Source: Mobula hypostoma
Lineage: Eukaryota
Assembly (NCBI RefSeq): GCF_963921235.1
Contig: NC_086097.1
Coordinates: forward strand, 204,850,001 to 204,914,000
Length of the DNA: 64,000 bases
Direction: 5' to 3'
Position 1 is the first letter of the stretch. Every line of letters begins with the position of its first letter. The position numbers were made by a program, and so were the translations under genes. Under the pieces are notes generated by a model. It was not told the DNA's origin, searched no databases, and saw nothing but the letters and a program-made list of their open reading frames with translations. This document shows positions 1 through 12,579 of this stretch, piece after piece.

Positions 1-228
1 AGTCACAGAAATGGCCAGTTCTGTTGTTGGGGTATCCATCTGTAAAATTCACCTTTCTCCACCCCATCCCCCACCCACCCCATGCAGATACTGCTTGATG
101 TACTGGGCATTTCCAGCATTGTTCCTTCACCCTTGTAGTCTGCAGGGAGGTGCTACACAATATGCATTTGTAATCTTTTTCATTGCAGAGGGTATCATGT
201 CATGATTAAATGCAAATACATTAGATTG

Positions 229-528
229 GTGTGTGGTGCGTGGCCAAGTGGTTAGGGTTTTGGACTAGCGATCTGAAAGTCATGGGTTCGAGCCTCGGCT
301 GAGGCAGCGTGTGTGTCCTTGAGCAAGGCACTTAACCACACAATGCTCCAGTATACCCAGCTGAGAATGGGTACCGGCAAAAATGCTGGGGGTTAACCTC
401 GCGATAGATTGGCGTCCTATCTGGGGGCGGGGGGGGGCAGTCTTGTATTCTCAGTCACTTCACGCCACGGAAACCGGCATAAGCACCAGCCTGATGGGCC
501 ACAAGGCTCGTGACAGACTTTAACCTTC
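229..528 (+). mobile_element. tRNA-derived SINE (CORE/Meta-SINE-like body), full length
   Basis: A box TGGCCAAGTGG and B box GGTTCGAGCC; body GTGTCCTTGAGCAAGGCACTTAACC; exact 11-bp TSD ACATTAGATTG at 218-228 and 529-539. Confidence 0.85.
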
Positions 529-1584
529 ACATTAGATTGAAAGGATTGCAATGAATCACTGCATCCCTTGGAAGGAGGGTCTAGGTGAAGGCACATGAAA
601 GCGAAATAGTAGATGACCCCTATTCTGCAGTGAGAAATCACTGTGAGATGGGAAATGGTTGTTAAAGATAAAAGAAAGGATGTAGCAAAAGAAACAGTCC
701 CTTTGGACTACTGAAGGGTGAGGGGAGAAGAAAATGTGAATGGTACTAGAATATATTGGGGATGGTAGAACTTTCTAAGTCTTTCATCTCAAACATTATC
801 CCTGCTGTGTATTGGAAAATTGATGCAACACAGAGTAGTGCAATTTTGTAAACATCTCCCCCATCAAGATCCAATACCACAGCACCTATCAAGAAATCTG
901 GCTGCCGACTCTCTGGCTGACACAATTATTTCCTTTTCCAAAAGTTTCCCAAATGATGCCATATGTCAATCAGTGCTTGAAATTTATTTCTTTTGGCTTG
1001 AAAATAATTGTTTTTATTGGTTCAGAGACAAGCTGGTTTTCCCTGTAACTGTGCTATTTAAAGAGCCAATGCTCAAACTGAATTTTTTATCTTTGCAGAT
1101 CACTGATCAACTGTGATCTCAAAAATCTGACTGACTTGTGGCTGGAGGTCCAAGTCACAGTCACTATCAACTTTCTAGAGGATCCCTCTAGGTTGCTGTT
1201 GCTGATTAATGCAACAACTGATAACTATTGTTTATTGCTATCTGGAAGGACTCCAAAACGACTTATCAAGGGTAGAAAACTTTGTCTATTTTTCCAGTAG
1301 TAGGAGGAGCAGGCAGAACAGCCAATCAGTATTTATTGGAGTTGTAGACTTCCTCAAAGGATGGAGATTCATAGTTTCAGTCCATGTATGATAACTTCTC
1401 ACAGCAGCTATCCTGACAACAATGTGATTCCTTTGCAAAAAAGGCTTTTTTTCTGTAGCTGCTACTCTTTACCAGCCTGCTTCGGTCTCTTTGACCACTT
1501 GAGAGCACAATGACATTATACACACATACACAACGTTGGAACTTTCTGCAGCTTTTTCCAATCCTGTGCAATGGCCCCTGCAAA

Positions 1585-3075
1585 CCAACTATAGTTGTGG
1601 CATCGAAAAATTTATAGATACTGTTTGAGATGTGCCTAGCCACACAGTTATTGGTGTACAGAGAGTAGTTCAGTGGGCTAGCCACACATCCTTAAGGTGC
1701 ACCAGTGTTGATAGTTAGAGAGGAGGAGTTGTTATTTCCAATCCTCACAGACAGTGGTCATCTGGAGAGTCTGCTGATCCTGTTACAGTTTAGTGCTGAG
1801 GGTATGATGGTCTTGAACGCTGAACTGTAATGAATAAACAGCAGCCTGACGTAAGTATTGCTCCTGTTCAGGTGGTCCAAGGCCAAGTAGTGGATCAGTG
1901 ATACTGCATCTGCTGTTGATCTATTGTGGCGATAGGCAAATTGCAATAGGTCCAGGTCCTTGCTTACCCAAACATTGATTGTGGTCATAACCAACTTCTC
2001 AAAGCACTTCATCACAGTAGGTGTGAGTGCAACTGGGTGATATTTGTTGAGGCAGCTCACTCTGCTCTTCTTGGGCACTGGTATGATTGTTGCCCCTTTG
2101 AAGGAGGTGGAACCTTCGGCTGCAGCATTGAGAGATTGAGAGATTGTCAAATAATCTCAGGGTTGTACGTGGTGACGTGCATATTCTCTGATACTAAATT
2201 TTACTTTGGACTTTGAACTCCCACTAGTTGGTTGGCACAGGGTTTTGAGCCCTACAGATCCACCATCAGGGCCTGATGCATTGTGAGAGTTCGCCCTCTT
2301 GGAAGTGTTCATTAGCCTCTGAGACAGAGATCACAGCGTCACCAGATGCTGCAGGGATTTACACAGTTTTTTTTCTTTCAAAGCATGCATAAAAGGTATT
2401 GAGCTCACCTGGGAGTGATGCATCACATCTATTCATGATGTTAGTTTTCACTTTGTTAGAAGTAATTTCCTACAAACCATACCAGAGCTGGCATACATCT
2501 GATTCCAACTATAACTTTAATGAGAATTGTTATTTTGCTCTTAAAATAGCTTCCGTAGGTCGTACCTGGACTTATCATATAGTTTTGGATCACTGGTCTT
2601 GAATGCCTCAGACCTAGCCCTCAGCAGACGATGAATCTTCTGGTCCATCCAGGACTTTTGTTTTCAGTATATCCAGTATGTTCTTGAAGGCACTCTCTTA
2701 TTCACACAGGTCTGGATGTAGTTGCTGGCAACTGTGGCATGTTCATTCAATCCAAAGATGAATCCGTGAATATTGTTCAGTCCATTGATTCAAAGCAATC
2801 CTGTAAACACTCTTTATCTTTCCTTAACCATACCGTCATGGTCCTCACCAATGGTGCTGCAGTCCTCAGTCTCTGCCTGTATACCAGAAATAGGTCCAAA
2901 GTGTGGGCATGAGATGGCATGATAACCATTCTTAATGGTGGCGTGACATTGGTCATGTGTTGTTTCCTCTGGTTCCACAGGTGATATGTTGGTCGTAGTT
3001 GGTCCTGAGACTTCTTCAAGGTGGCCTGGTTGAAATTACCCACAAGGATCATGAAATCATCAATGTGTGCTGTGC
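1585..3075 (-). mobile_element. Rex1/Babar-clade LINE fragment (endonuclease end to RT), decayed
   Basis: ORF 1758-2150 has [35 protein letters not shown] and YVRLLFIHYSSAF; ORF 1377-1685 has SPLNYSLYTNNC..KFFDATT; GNFNQA in ORF 2777-3337; a short plus-strand Rex1-type tail is inserted at ~2150-2218. Confidence 0.8.
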
Positions 3076-3636
3076 ACTGAAACCAGGATGATGCCAAAAA
3101 AAACTCCCTCTCAAATAAGGTGGTCAACATTTGACCACTAGGTGTTCCATGTTTGGTGAGCAGGACTGAGACAGAACCGCATTTCAATGCAACAAGATGT
3201 GTTAACCATGAAATACACCATAATACCATAAGATATAGGAGTAGAATTAGGCTATTTGGCCCATTGAGTCTGCTCCACCATTTCATCAAGGCTGATCCAA
3301 TCTTCCTCTCAGCCCCAATCTCCTGTCTTCTGCCCAAATCCCTTCATGCCCTGACCATTCAAGAATCTATCAAACTCTGTCTTAAATATACATAAAGACT
3401 TGGCCTCTACAGCTGCCTGTGGCAAAAAATTCCACAGATCACCACCCTCTGGCTAAAGAAATTTCTCCTCGTCTCCATTCTAGAAGGACACCCCTCTATT
3501 TTGAGGCTGTATCCTCTGGTCTTAGACTCCCCCGCCATAGGAAACGTCCTCTCCACACCCACTCTGTCAAGGGCTTTCACCATTCAATAGATTTCAATAA
3601 GGTCTCCCCACGTTCTTCTGAATTTCAGTGAATACA

Positions 3637-4507
3637 GGTGCAGAGCCAACAACCTGTCTCTGAATGTAAACAAGACAAAAGAGATGGTTGTTGACTTCAG
3701 GAGGACACGGGGCGACCACTCTCCGCTGAACGTCGGCGACTCCTCCATAGAGATCGTTAAGAGCACCAAATTTCTTGGTGTTCACCTGACGGAGAATCTC
3801 ACCTAGTCCCTAAACACCAGCTCCATAGCAAAGAAAGCCCAGCAGCGTCTTTACTTTCTGCGAAGGCTGAGAAAAGTCCATCTCCCACCCCCCATCCTCA
3901 CCACATTCTACAGAGGTTGTATTGAGAGCATCCTGAGCAGCTGCATCACTGCCTGGTTCAGAAATTGCACCATCTCGGATTGCAAGACCCTGCAGCGGAT
4001 ACTGAGGTCAGCTGAGAAGATCATCGGGGTCTCTCTTCCCACTATCACAGACATTTACACCACACGCTGCATCCGCAAAGCAAACAGCATTATGAAGGAC
4101 TCCATGCACCCCTCATACAAACTCTTCTCCCTCCTGCCATCTGGCAAAAGGCACCGAAGCATTCGGGCTCTCACGACCAGACTATGTAACAGTTTCTTCC
4201 CCCAAGCCATCAGACTCCTCAATATCCAGAGCCTGGCTTGACACCAACCTACTTCCCTCTACTGTGCCTATTGTCTTGTTTATTATTTATTATTATTTAT
4301 TGTAATGCCTGCACTGTTTTGTGCGCATTATGTAGTCCTGGATAGGTCTGCAGTCCAGTGTAGTTTTTGTCTTTTTTCTTACGTAGTTCAGTGTAGTTAT
4401 TGTATTGTTTCATGTAGCACCATGGTCCTGGAAAACGTTGTCTCATTTTTACTATGTTCTGTACCAGCAGTTATGGTCGAAATGACAATAAAAGTGACTT
4501 GACTTGA
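3637..4507 (+). mobile_element. Rex1/Babar LINE 3' fragment nested in CR1
   Basis: Reads CRANNLSLNVNKTKEMVVDFRR..KFLGV..KKAQQRLYFLRRL; ends AATAAAAGTGACTTGACTTGA (poly-A signal plus short tandem tail). Confidence 0.85.
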
Positions 4508-4625
4508 ACCATCAGGCGCTCTTCATATGACAAGCCTGGAATAATTTTCATGAAACTCCTTTGAACCCTCTCCAATTTTAGCACATCCCTTCTAAGTGGC
4601 CCAAACCCACTTACAATACTTTATG

Positions 4626-5907
4626 CAACACACATAAAAGTTGCTGGTGAACGCAGCAGGCCAGGCAGCATCTCTAGGAAGAGGTGCAGTCGACGTTTCA
4701 GGCCGAGACCCGTCGTCAGGACTAACTGAAGGAAGAGTGAGTAAGGGATTTGAAAGTGGAAGGGGAGGGGGAGATCCAAAATGATAGGAGAAGACAGGAG
4801 GGGGAGGGATGGAGCCAAGAGCTGGACAGGTGATAGGCAAAAGGGATACGAGAGGATCATGGGATAGGAAGTCTGGGAAGAAAGACAAGGGCGGGGGGGG
4901 GGTACCCAGAGGATGGGCAAGGAGTATATTCAGAGGGACAGAGGGAGAAAAAGGAGAGTGAGAGAAAGAATGTGTGTATAAAAATAAGTAACAGATGGGG
5001 TACGAGGGGAAGGTGGGGCATTAGCGGAAGTTAGAGAAGTCGATGTTCATGCCATCAGGTTGGAGGCTACCCAGAAGGAATATAAGGTGTTGTTCCTCCA
5101 ATCTGAATGTGGCTTCATCTTTACAGTAGAGGAAGCCGCGGATAGACATGTCAGAATGGGAATGGGATGTGGAATTAAAATGTGTGGCCACTGGGAGATC
5201 CTGCTTTCTCTGGTGGACAGAGCGTAGATGTTCAGCAAAGCGGTCTCCCAGTCTGTGTTGGGTCTCGCCAATATATAAAAGGCCACATCGGGAGCACTGG
5301 ACGCAGTATATCACCCCAGCCGACTCACGGGTGAAGTGTTGCCTCACTTGGAAGGACTGTTTGGGGCCCTGAATGGTGGTAAGGGAGGAAGTATAAGGGC
5401 ATGTGTAGCACTTGTTCAGCTTACACGGATAAGTGCCAGGAGGGAGATCAGTGGGGAGGGATGGGGGGGACGAATGGACAAGGGAGTTGCGCAGGGAGTG
5501 ATCCCTGCGGAATGCGGGGGGGGGAGGGAAAGATGTGCTTAGTGGTGGGATCCCGTTGGAGGTGGTGGAAGTTACGGAGAGTAATATGTTGGACCTGGAG
5601 GCTGGTGGGATGGTAGGTGAGGACCAGGGGAACCCTATTCCTAGTGGGGTGGCGGGAGGATGGAGTGAGAGCAGATGTACGTGAAGTACGTGAAATGGAG
5701 GAGATGCGTTTAAGAGCAGAGTTGATAGTGGAGGAAGGGAAGCCCCTTTCTTTAAAAAAGGAAGACATCTCCCTTGTCCTAAAATGAAAAGCCTCATCCT
5801 GAGAACAGATGCGGCGGAAACGGAGGAATTGCGAGAAGGGGATGGCGATTTTGCAAGAGACAGGGTGAGAAGAGGAATAGTCCAGATAGCTGTGAGAGTC
5901 AGTAGGC
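4626..5907 (-). mobile_element. Penelope-like element (Neptune-like), 5'-truncated: RT thumb, Zn-linker, GIY-YIG, 3' terminal repeat with hammerhead
   Basis: ORF 5021-5932 has CKLNKCYTC, GVIYCVQCSRCGLLYIGET and EQHLI..LQPDGMN; exact 14-bp TSD TACAATACTTTATG at 4612-4625 and 5908-5921. Confidence 0.9.
4687..4728 (-). ncRNA. Minimal type I hammerhead ribozyme motif in PLE terminus
   Basis: Minus strand reads TAGTC-CTGACGA-CGGGTCTCGGCCT-GAAAC-GTC-GACTG; one stem II base differs from the other copies. Confidence 0.7.
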
Positions 5908-6740
5908 TACAATACTTTATGTGAGGCCTCACCAGTGCTTTTTAAAGTTTCAACATTACATCCCTGCTTTTATATTCTAGTCCTCTTGAAATAAATGCTA
6001 ACATTGCATTTGCCTCCTCACAACAGACTCAACCTGCAAATTAATCTTTAGGTAATCCTGCACAAGAACCCCCAAGTCCCTCTGCATCCCAGTTTTTTTG
6101 TATTTTCTCTCCTTTTAAAAACTAGTCAACCCTTTCATTTCTTCTATCAAAGTGTATAACAATACACTTCCTGCCAATGTATTCCATCTGCCATTATTTT
6201 GCCCATTATCATAATCTGAGTCCTTCTATAGCCTTGCTACTTCCTCATAACTACCTCGCCCTCTACCTATCTTCATATTGTCTGCAAACTTTGCAATGAA
6301 GCCATCAATTCCATCATCCAAATCATTGACATATAACATGAAAAGAATTAGTCCCAACACAGACCCTTGTGGAAAACTACTAGTCATTGGCAACCAGCCA
6401 GAAAATGCCCCCTTTATTCTCACTCTTTCCACCATACTGCGAGTGTATTCCACAGTGGAGAGTGATGCAAAATACTTACTCAGTTCATCCACCACTTTTG
6501 TGTTGCCCATTACCAAGTGGTTCAATATCCACTTTCATCTCTCTTTTACATTTCAAGAATCTGAAGAAACTATCAGTAACTTACTTAATATTATTGGCTG
6601 GCTTACTTCTGTATTCCATCTTTACCTTCTTAAAGATATTTTAGTTGTCTTTTATTGGTTTTTATAAGTTTCCCAATCCATAACCTCCCACTAAACTTTG
6701 CTCTGTTTGCCCTCTCCTTGGCTGTTATGTTGGCTTTGAC

Positions 6741-9237
6741 AATAGACAATAGGTACAGGAGTAGGCCATTTGGCCCTTCGAGCCAGCATGGCCATTCACT
6801 GTGATCATGGCTGATCATCCACAATCAGTATCCAGTTCCGGCCATATCCCCATAACCTTTGATTCCGCTATCTTTAAGAGCTCTATCCACCTCTTTCTTG
6901 AAAGCATCCAGAGTCTTGGCCTCCACAGCCTTCTGGGGCAGAGCATTCCATATATCCACCACTCTCTGGGTGAAAAAGTTTTTCCTCAACTCCATTCTAA
7001 ATGGCCTACCCCTTATTCTTAAACTGTGGCCTCTGGTTCTGGACTCACCCATCAGCAGGAACATGCTTCCTGCCTCCAGCGTGTCCAATCCCTTAATAAT
7101 CTTATACGTTTCAATAAGATCCCCTCTCAGCCTTCTAAATTCTAGAGTATAAAAGCCCAGTCACTCCAATCTTTCAACATATGATAGTCCCGTCATCCCA
7201 GGAATTAACCTTGTGAACCTACGCCGCACTCCCTCAATAGCAAGAATGTCCTTCCTCAAATTTGGAGACCAAAACTGCACACAGTACTCCAGGTGTGGTC
7301 TCACCAGGGCCCTGTACAGCTGCAGAAGGACCTCCTTGCTCTTATACTGAATTCCCCTTGTTATGAAGGCCAGCATGCCATTAGCTTTCTTCACTATCTG
7401 CTGTACTTGCATGCTTGCTTTCAGTGACTGATGTACAAGAACACCTAGATCTCATTGTGCTTCCCCTTTTCCTAACTTGACTCCATTTAGATAATAATCT
7501 GCCTTCCTGTTTTTACCACCAAAGTGGATAACCTCACTTTTATCCACATTAAACTGCATCTGCCATGCATCTGCCCACTCACCCAGCCTGTCCAAGTCAC
7601 CCTGCATTCTCATAACATCCTCCTCACATTACACACTGCCACCCAGCTTTGTGTCACCGGCAAATTTGCTAATGTTACTTTTAATTCCCTCATCTAAATC
7701 ATTAATATATATTGTAAACAGCTGTGGTCCCAGCACTGAACCTTGCGGTATCCCACTGGTCACCGCCTGCCATTCCGAAAGGGACCTGTTATCGCTACTC
7801 TTTGTTTTCTGTCAGCCAGCCCATTTTCAATCCATGTCAGTACTCTGCCCCCAATACCATGTGTCCTAATTTTGCCCACTAATCTCCTATGTAGGACTTT
7901 ATCAAAGGCTTCCTGAAAGTCCAGGTACACTATATCCACTGGCTCGCCCTTATCCATTTTCATAGTTACATCCTCAAAAAACTCCAGAAGATTAGTCAAG
8001 CACGATTTCCCCTTCGTAAAACCATGCTGACTCAGACTGATCCTGTTACTGCTATCCAGATGTGTCGTAATTTCATCTTTTATAATTGACTCCAGCATCT
8101 TTCCCACCACTGACGTCAGGCTAACCGGTCTATAATTCCCTGTTTTCTCTCTTCCTCCCTTCTTGAAGAGAGGGACAACATTAGCCACCCTCCAATCCAC
8201 AGGAACTGATCCTGAATCTATAGAACATTGGAAAATGATTACCAATGCATCCACGGTTTCTAAAGCCACCTCCTTAAGTACCCTGGGATGCAGACCATCA
8301 GGTCCCGAGGACTTATCAGCCTTCAGACCCAACAGCCTATCCAACACCATTTCCTGCCTAATATAAATTTCCTTCAATTCATCCATTACCCTAGGTCCTT
8401 TGGCCACTATTACATCTGGGAGTTTTTTTGTGTCTTCCCTAGTGAAGACAGATCCAAAGTACCTGTTCAACTCGTCTGCCAATTCCTTGTTCCCCATATT
8501 AAATTCACCCGCTTCTGTCTTCAAGGGCCCAATTTTGCTCTTAACTATTGTTTTCCTTTTCACATACCTAAAGAAGCTTTTACTATCCTCCTTTATATTC
8601 TTGGCTAGTTTACCTTTGTACCTCATTTTTTCTCCGCGTATTGCTTTTTTAGTTACCTTCTGTTGCTCTTTAAAAGTTTTCTAATCCTCCGGCTTCCCAC
8701 TCGTCTTTGCTATGTTATACTTCTTCTCTTTTATTTCTATACTGTCCATTACTTCTCTTATCAGCCACAGCCTCCCCTTACTCCCCTTAGGATCTTTCTT
8801 CTTCTTTGGAATGAACTGATCTTGCACCTTCTGCATTATTCCCAGAAGCACTTGCCTTTGCTGTTCCACTGTCATCCCTGCTAGGGTATTGTTCCATTGA
8901 ACTTTGGCCAGCTCCTCCCTCATAGCACCATAGTTCCCTTTGTTCAACTGTAATACTGACACTTCCGAGTTTCCCTTCTCCCTTTCAAATTGTAGATTAA
9001 AACTATCATATTATGGTCACTACCTCCTAATGGCTCCTTTAACTCGAGGTTCCTGATCAAATCCGGTTCAATGCACAACACCAAATCTAGAATTGCGTTC
9101 TCTCTGGTAGGCTCCAGTACAAGCTGTTCTAAGAATCCATCTCGGAGGGTTCCACAAACTCCCTTTCTTGGGGTCCAGTACCAACCAGATTCCTCCAGTC
9201 TACCTGCATGTTGAAGTCCCCCATAACACCTGTAGCA
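6741..9237 (-). mobile_element. Younger CR1 LINE (ORF2 endonuclease end, RT, 3' UTR) nested in CR1
   Basis: ORFs 7760-8626 (GPDGLHPRVLKE, NYRPVSLTS, QHGF..KSCLTNL, YLDFQEAFDKV), 7161-7412 and 6825-7088; tail GACAATAGACAATAG; TTGAC repeated at 6736-6740 and 9238-9242. Confidence 0.9.
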
Positions 9238-9858
9238 TTGACTTGACTAGTTAGCCATTATTGTGTCATTTTCCCTTTAGAATATTTCTTCCTCTTTGGG
9301 ATGTATATATCCTGTGCCTTCCAAATTGCTTCCAGAAATTCCAGCCATTGCTGCTCTACCGTCATCCCTGCCAGTGCTCTTTTGCAATCATTTCTGACCA
9401 ACTCCTCTCTCCTGCCTCTGTAATTACCTTCACTCCATTGTAATACTGATACATCTGACTGTGAATCAGATGAAGCTTCTCCTTCTCAAATTTCCAGATG
9501 AATTTGATCATATTATGATCATTTGCCCCTTAAGGTTTTTTTTTACCTTAATCTCTCTAATCAATTCTAGCTAATTGCAGAACACCCAGTCCAGATCTTG
9601 ATCTCTAGTGGGCTCAAACGTGAGCTGCTCTAAAAAGTCATCTGATAAGCACTCTAGAAATTCCCTCTCCTGTAATCCAGTACCAGGCTGATTTTCCCAA
9701 TCTATGTATATTAAAGTCCGCCATGATACGCTCCACCTCCTATACTTTTAGGAGACTTAGCTCTTCTACCTAAGTGGTGATGGTGAAGCCTTTGGGATAA
9801 ATAGTGGCAGTTCTGAGAATTTCTAACATTTCAACAGGAAACCGCCATTTAAATTTAA

Positions 9859-10056
9859 GCAACAAACACAAAATGCTGGAGGAGCTCAGCAGGCCAGGCA
9901 GCATCAATGGAAAAGAGCATAGTTGACATTTCTGGCTGAGATCCTTCATCGGGACTCAGATACTCTTATACTCTTTTCCATAGACACTGCCTGGCCTGCC
10001 AAGCTTTTTGTGTGTGTTGCTTGGATTTCCAGCACCTGCAGCTTTTCTGTTGTTTG
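9859..10056. mobile_element. Non-coding fold-back mini-element made of two inverted PLE termini, with a decayed hammerhead on the minus strand
   Basis: Arms CAGGCCAGGCAGCATCAATGGAAAAGAG and CTCTTTTCCATAGACACTGCCTGGCCTG; imperfect 13-bp TSD CATTTAAATTTAA (9846-9858) / CATTTTATTTTAA (10057-10069). Confidence 0.75.
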
Positions 10057-12537
10057 CATTTTATTTTAAACTGGATTTGAACAGGGAAGTATGCAAATAC
10101 TGTTCCAGAACATTGCCATTGAAATTCTTGTTCCTTATGTTATTCTTGCAAAAAGGCATTAGGTTGATCATTTTATGTGACAATGAAGAATAGTGCAATT
10201 TCTACCCCTAGATGGTAGAACCTTGCATTAACTTGTATAGAGAAAAGTTTGTTGAAAGATTCTTCCACATCAGTCACCTGCCACTGTCTGAGCAGACTAG
10301 TGAATTTCATGAAGGCCGTGAATTTTTAATTCTTCACTTCAATAACTCCCATTAAAAAGCAGTCCTTTCCAATAAGAATCTTTTTTTTCTGTTATATGCC
10401 AGTAATGGTAACTTCCCTGTCAAACACTAACTTGTACAGGTCAGGACTTGTCAGCTCAAAGCTTCTCATCATTCCTTGGAAGTAGTTTTCAGTTGTTTCT
10501 GCTACAGATGAAGAAATGAAATTAAGGAATGTTTTGGAGAAATAGTTTAGGTAAAAAAAAAGACAGTGTTGATGAATGAGAAGAGAGAATTTAAGGATTT
10601 TTTACAATTGTGATGCCAGATTAAGTACTTAAGCATTTCAGTATTACAATAAAGGAGACATCATTAGTTATAACACCTGCAAAAACTATTTGAAATCGAT
10701 ACTCTGAGCTTCCTGGTTAGAAGATACCTCATTTAATTCTAGCACAGAAAGTCACTTTCGTAGTTAATCTCTGTCACATTTTCTCCAACCCAATGAATTT
10801 CTAATGCTGGTGAAATGCAGCGTCACTTTCAGTGAGTCATTAAGATTTCACTAAGTACCTGAACAAATTAATTTTGAAATGCAAGGAAAGCATGTCATCA
10901 GTCCCTGGAGACACCAACTCTGCTCGGGCATAAACTAGGATGTTTTAACACATGACCTGCAATTTCTTCCCACTAGATCTTTGCTATTACTTTGCTATCT
11001 CCTCAAATTAGATGATGAGTGTATAATTTATAATTGATAAACCTATGGTCATTTTATGTTTCTTTTCAGGGTGTTTTCAAAGGCATGTCATTTCTGGAAG
11101 CTCCAGAACAATCCAACTCTCCAACAATGGGCAAGTCCATATATGCTGTGCCAATAGTCATTAATGTGAATAAAACTGAACATTATTTTGACAACACATG
11201 TGCACAGTTATTTGAACCAAATAAGTTCTTCTTTATTGTTCTTCCTAAATTGTCATACATAAAGTTTTTCAAAAACTAAACAAGAGACCTGGATTATAAT
11301 CATCCATTTTAGTTAAAAGCAGAGACTGAAGATGACAAAATGGGATGTTTTAATAGGTACATATCACTTAATATACCATCTGAAGATGAAAAAAAATGGC
11401 ATATTTCACTTTGTCTTGCATTTTTAAAGAAGAAATTCAAAAGACAGGCTTCCTCCTCATCTGGGTGATACTTGTTATAGTTGAGTAATCTTGGTTCATT
11501 AAAAGCTTCAGTTTCCCACACTTAGGGAACATTATTTCTATCTTACTCCATTGAGGCAGACATCACTGTATGTAGTCCTTAAATATTTCACTTCTATTTC
11601 CCATCATCCTGGTGTCTTTACCCCAACAACTCCTTCATCTTTGAACTGGTTTTTTAAATACTGAAGCTTAAATCATGCTAAGGGAGTAGTCCCAGAATCC
11701 TAGAAGTGAAATGACCATAAGGAAAGAGCTTTAAAACTTGTGGCAGATAAAATTAACTTGATGCTGTACCTCTACCAGCTCATCTCCTGGATACAAGTGA
11801 GATGATGCTCCTGCTTGGGTTTCATTCACATTAGCAAAAATTGCCTAAATGATCATCTTCCCACTTGCTTCTCATAAAACCCTGTGCTGTAAAAAGTTCT
11901 GAGGGTTTAGCAACTGAAAGTAAAATCATTTGGCTCATGAAAATGTGTCTGAATGATAAATTGCATTGCACAGAAATAGAAATTATTTTGCAGTTGTGTT
12001 ATGAAATTTAAGCCAGGAAATGATTTTAAATGTGATTTCTGGTAGATGAATTTTAAAATCCTCTTGAGGCAATGAAAATTGCAAAAGGAATAATCAAATT
12101 ATCAAAAAATCTTCTGACATAAAAGAAACAAAATAAGCTTTGATTAAAGTTAATATCTTTATGAAAACACATCATTATATTTCCAAATCATTATGATATC
12201 ATTAAATAGCTTTAGGTTGATGAAATACATTTCTTGTACCACATAATTCCATTCACATTGATGTAATACAATTGGTAATAAATGTTCTTTGTAAATCAAT
12301 ATTCACAGCTTCATGAAGGGAATATCAAATAGTTTCAGACTATACAATGTGAAAAGATTACAAAATATAATTACAGAATCATAAAGTTGTGATACTAAAA
12401 AACTACTTTTGAGAAATGGAAAAGATCATTTGTAAAACAAAAACAACAGGAATTCTGCAGATGCTGGAAATTCAAGCAACACACATCAAAGTTGCTGGTG
12501 AACGCAGCAGGCCAAGCAGCATCTGTAGGAAGAGGTG

Positions 12538-12579
12538 CAGTCGACGTTTCAGGCCGAGACCCTTCGTCAGGACTAACTG
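12538..12579 (-). ncRNA. Minimal type I hammerhead ribozyme motif (intact core)
   Basis: Minus strand: stem I TAGTC/GACTG, core CTGACGA, stem II AGG-GTCTCGG-CCT, GAAA, palindromic ACGT in place of stem III, GTC cleavage triplet. Confidence 0.8.

Larger units (their letters stand above)
3218..9727 (-). mobile_element. Outer CR1-clade LINE (5'-truncated, internally deleted) split by three nested insertions
   Basis: CR1 3' tail (CCATAAGATATAGGAG on +) at 3218; RT motif PQGSVLG..YVNDLDDGI..KFADN in ORF 6226-6525; pieces ~3218-3636, 4508-4625, 5908-6740 and 9238-9727 rejoin collinearly. Confidence 0.8.

Noticed and set aside
229..305. tRNA gene
   Set aside because: The A/B boxes continue into a SINE body and the whole unit is bounded by a TSD; the same applies at 22700.
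465..505. Hammerhead in the SINE tail (GAAAC...CTGATGG)
   Set aside because: The core is CTGATGG rather than CTGANGA, and I could not assemble the three stems.
820..1391. ORFs of 98 and 60 aa as host genes
   Set aside because: No recognisable domain or convincing splice structure; such lengths are expected by chance.
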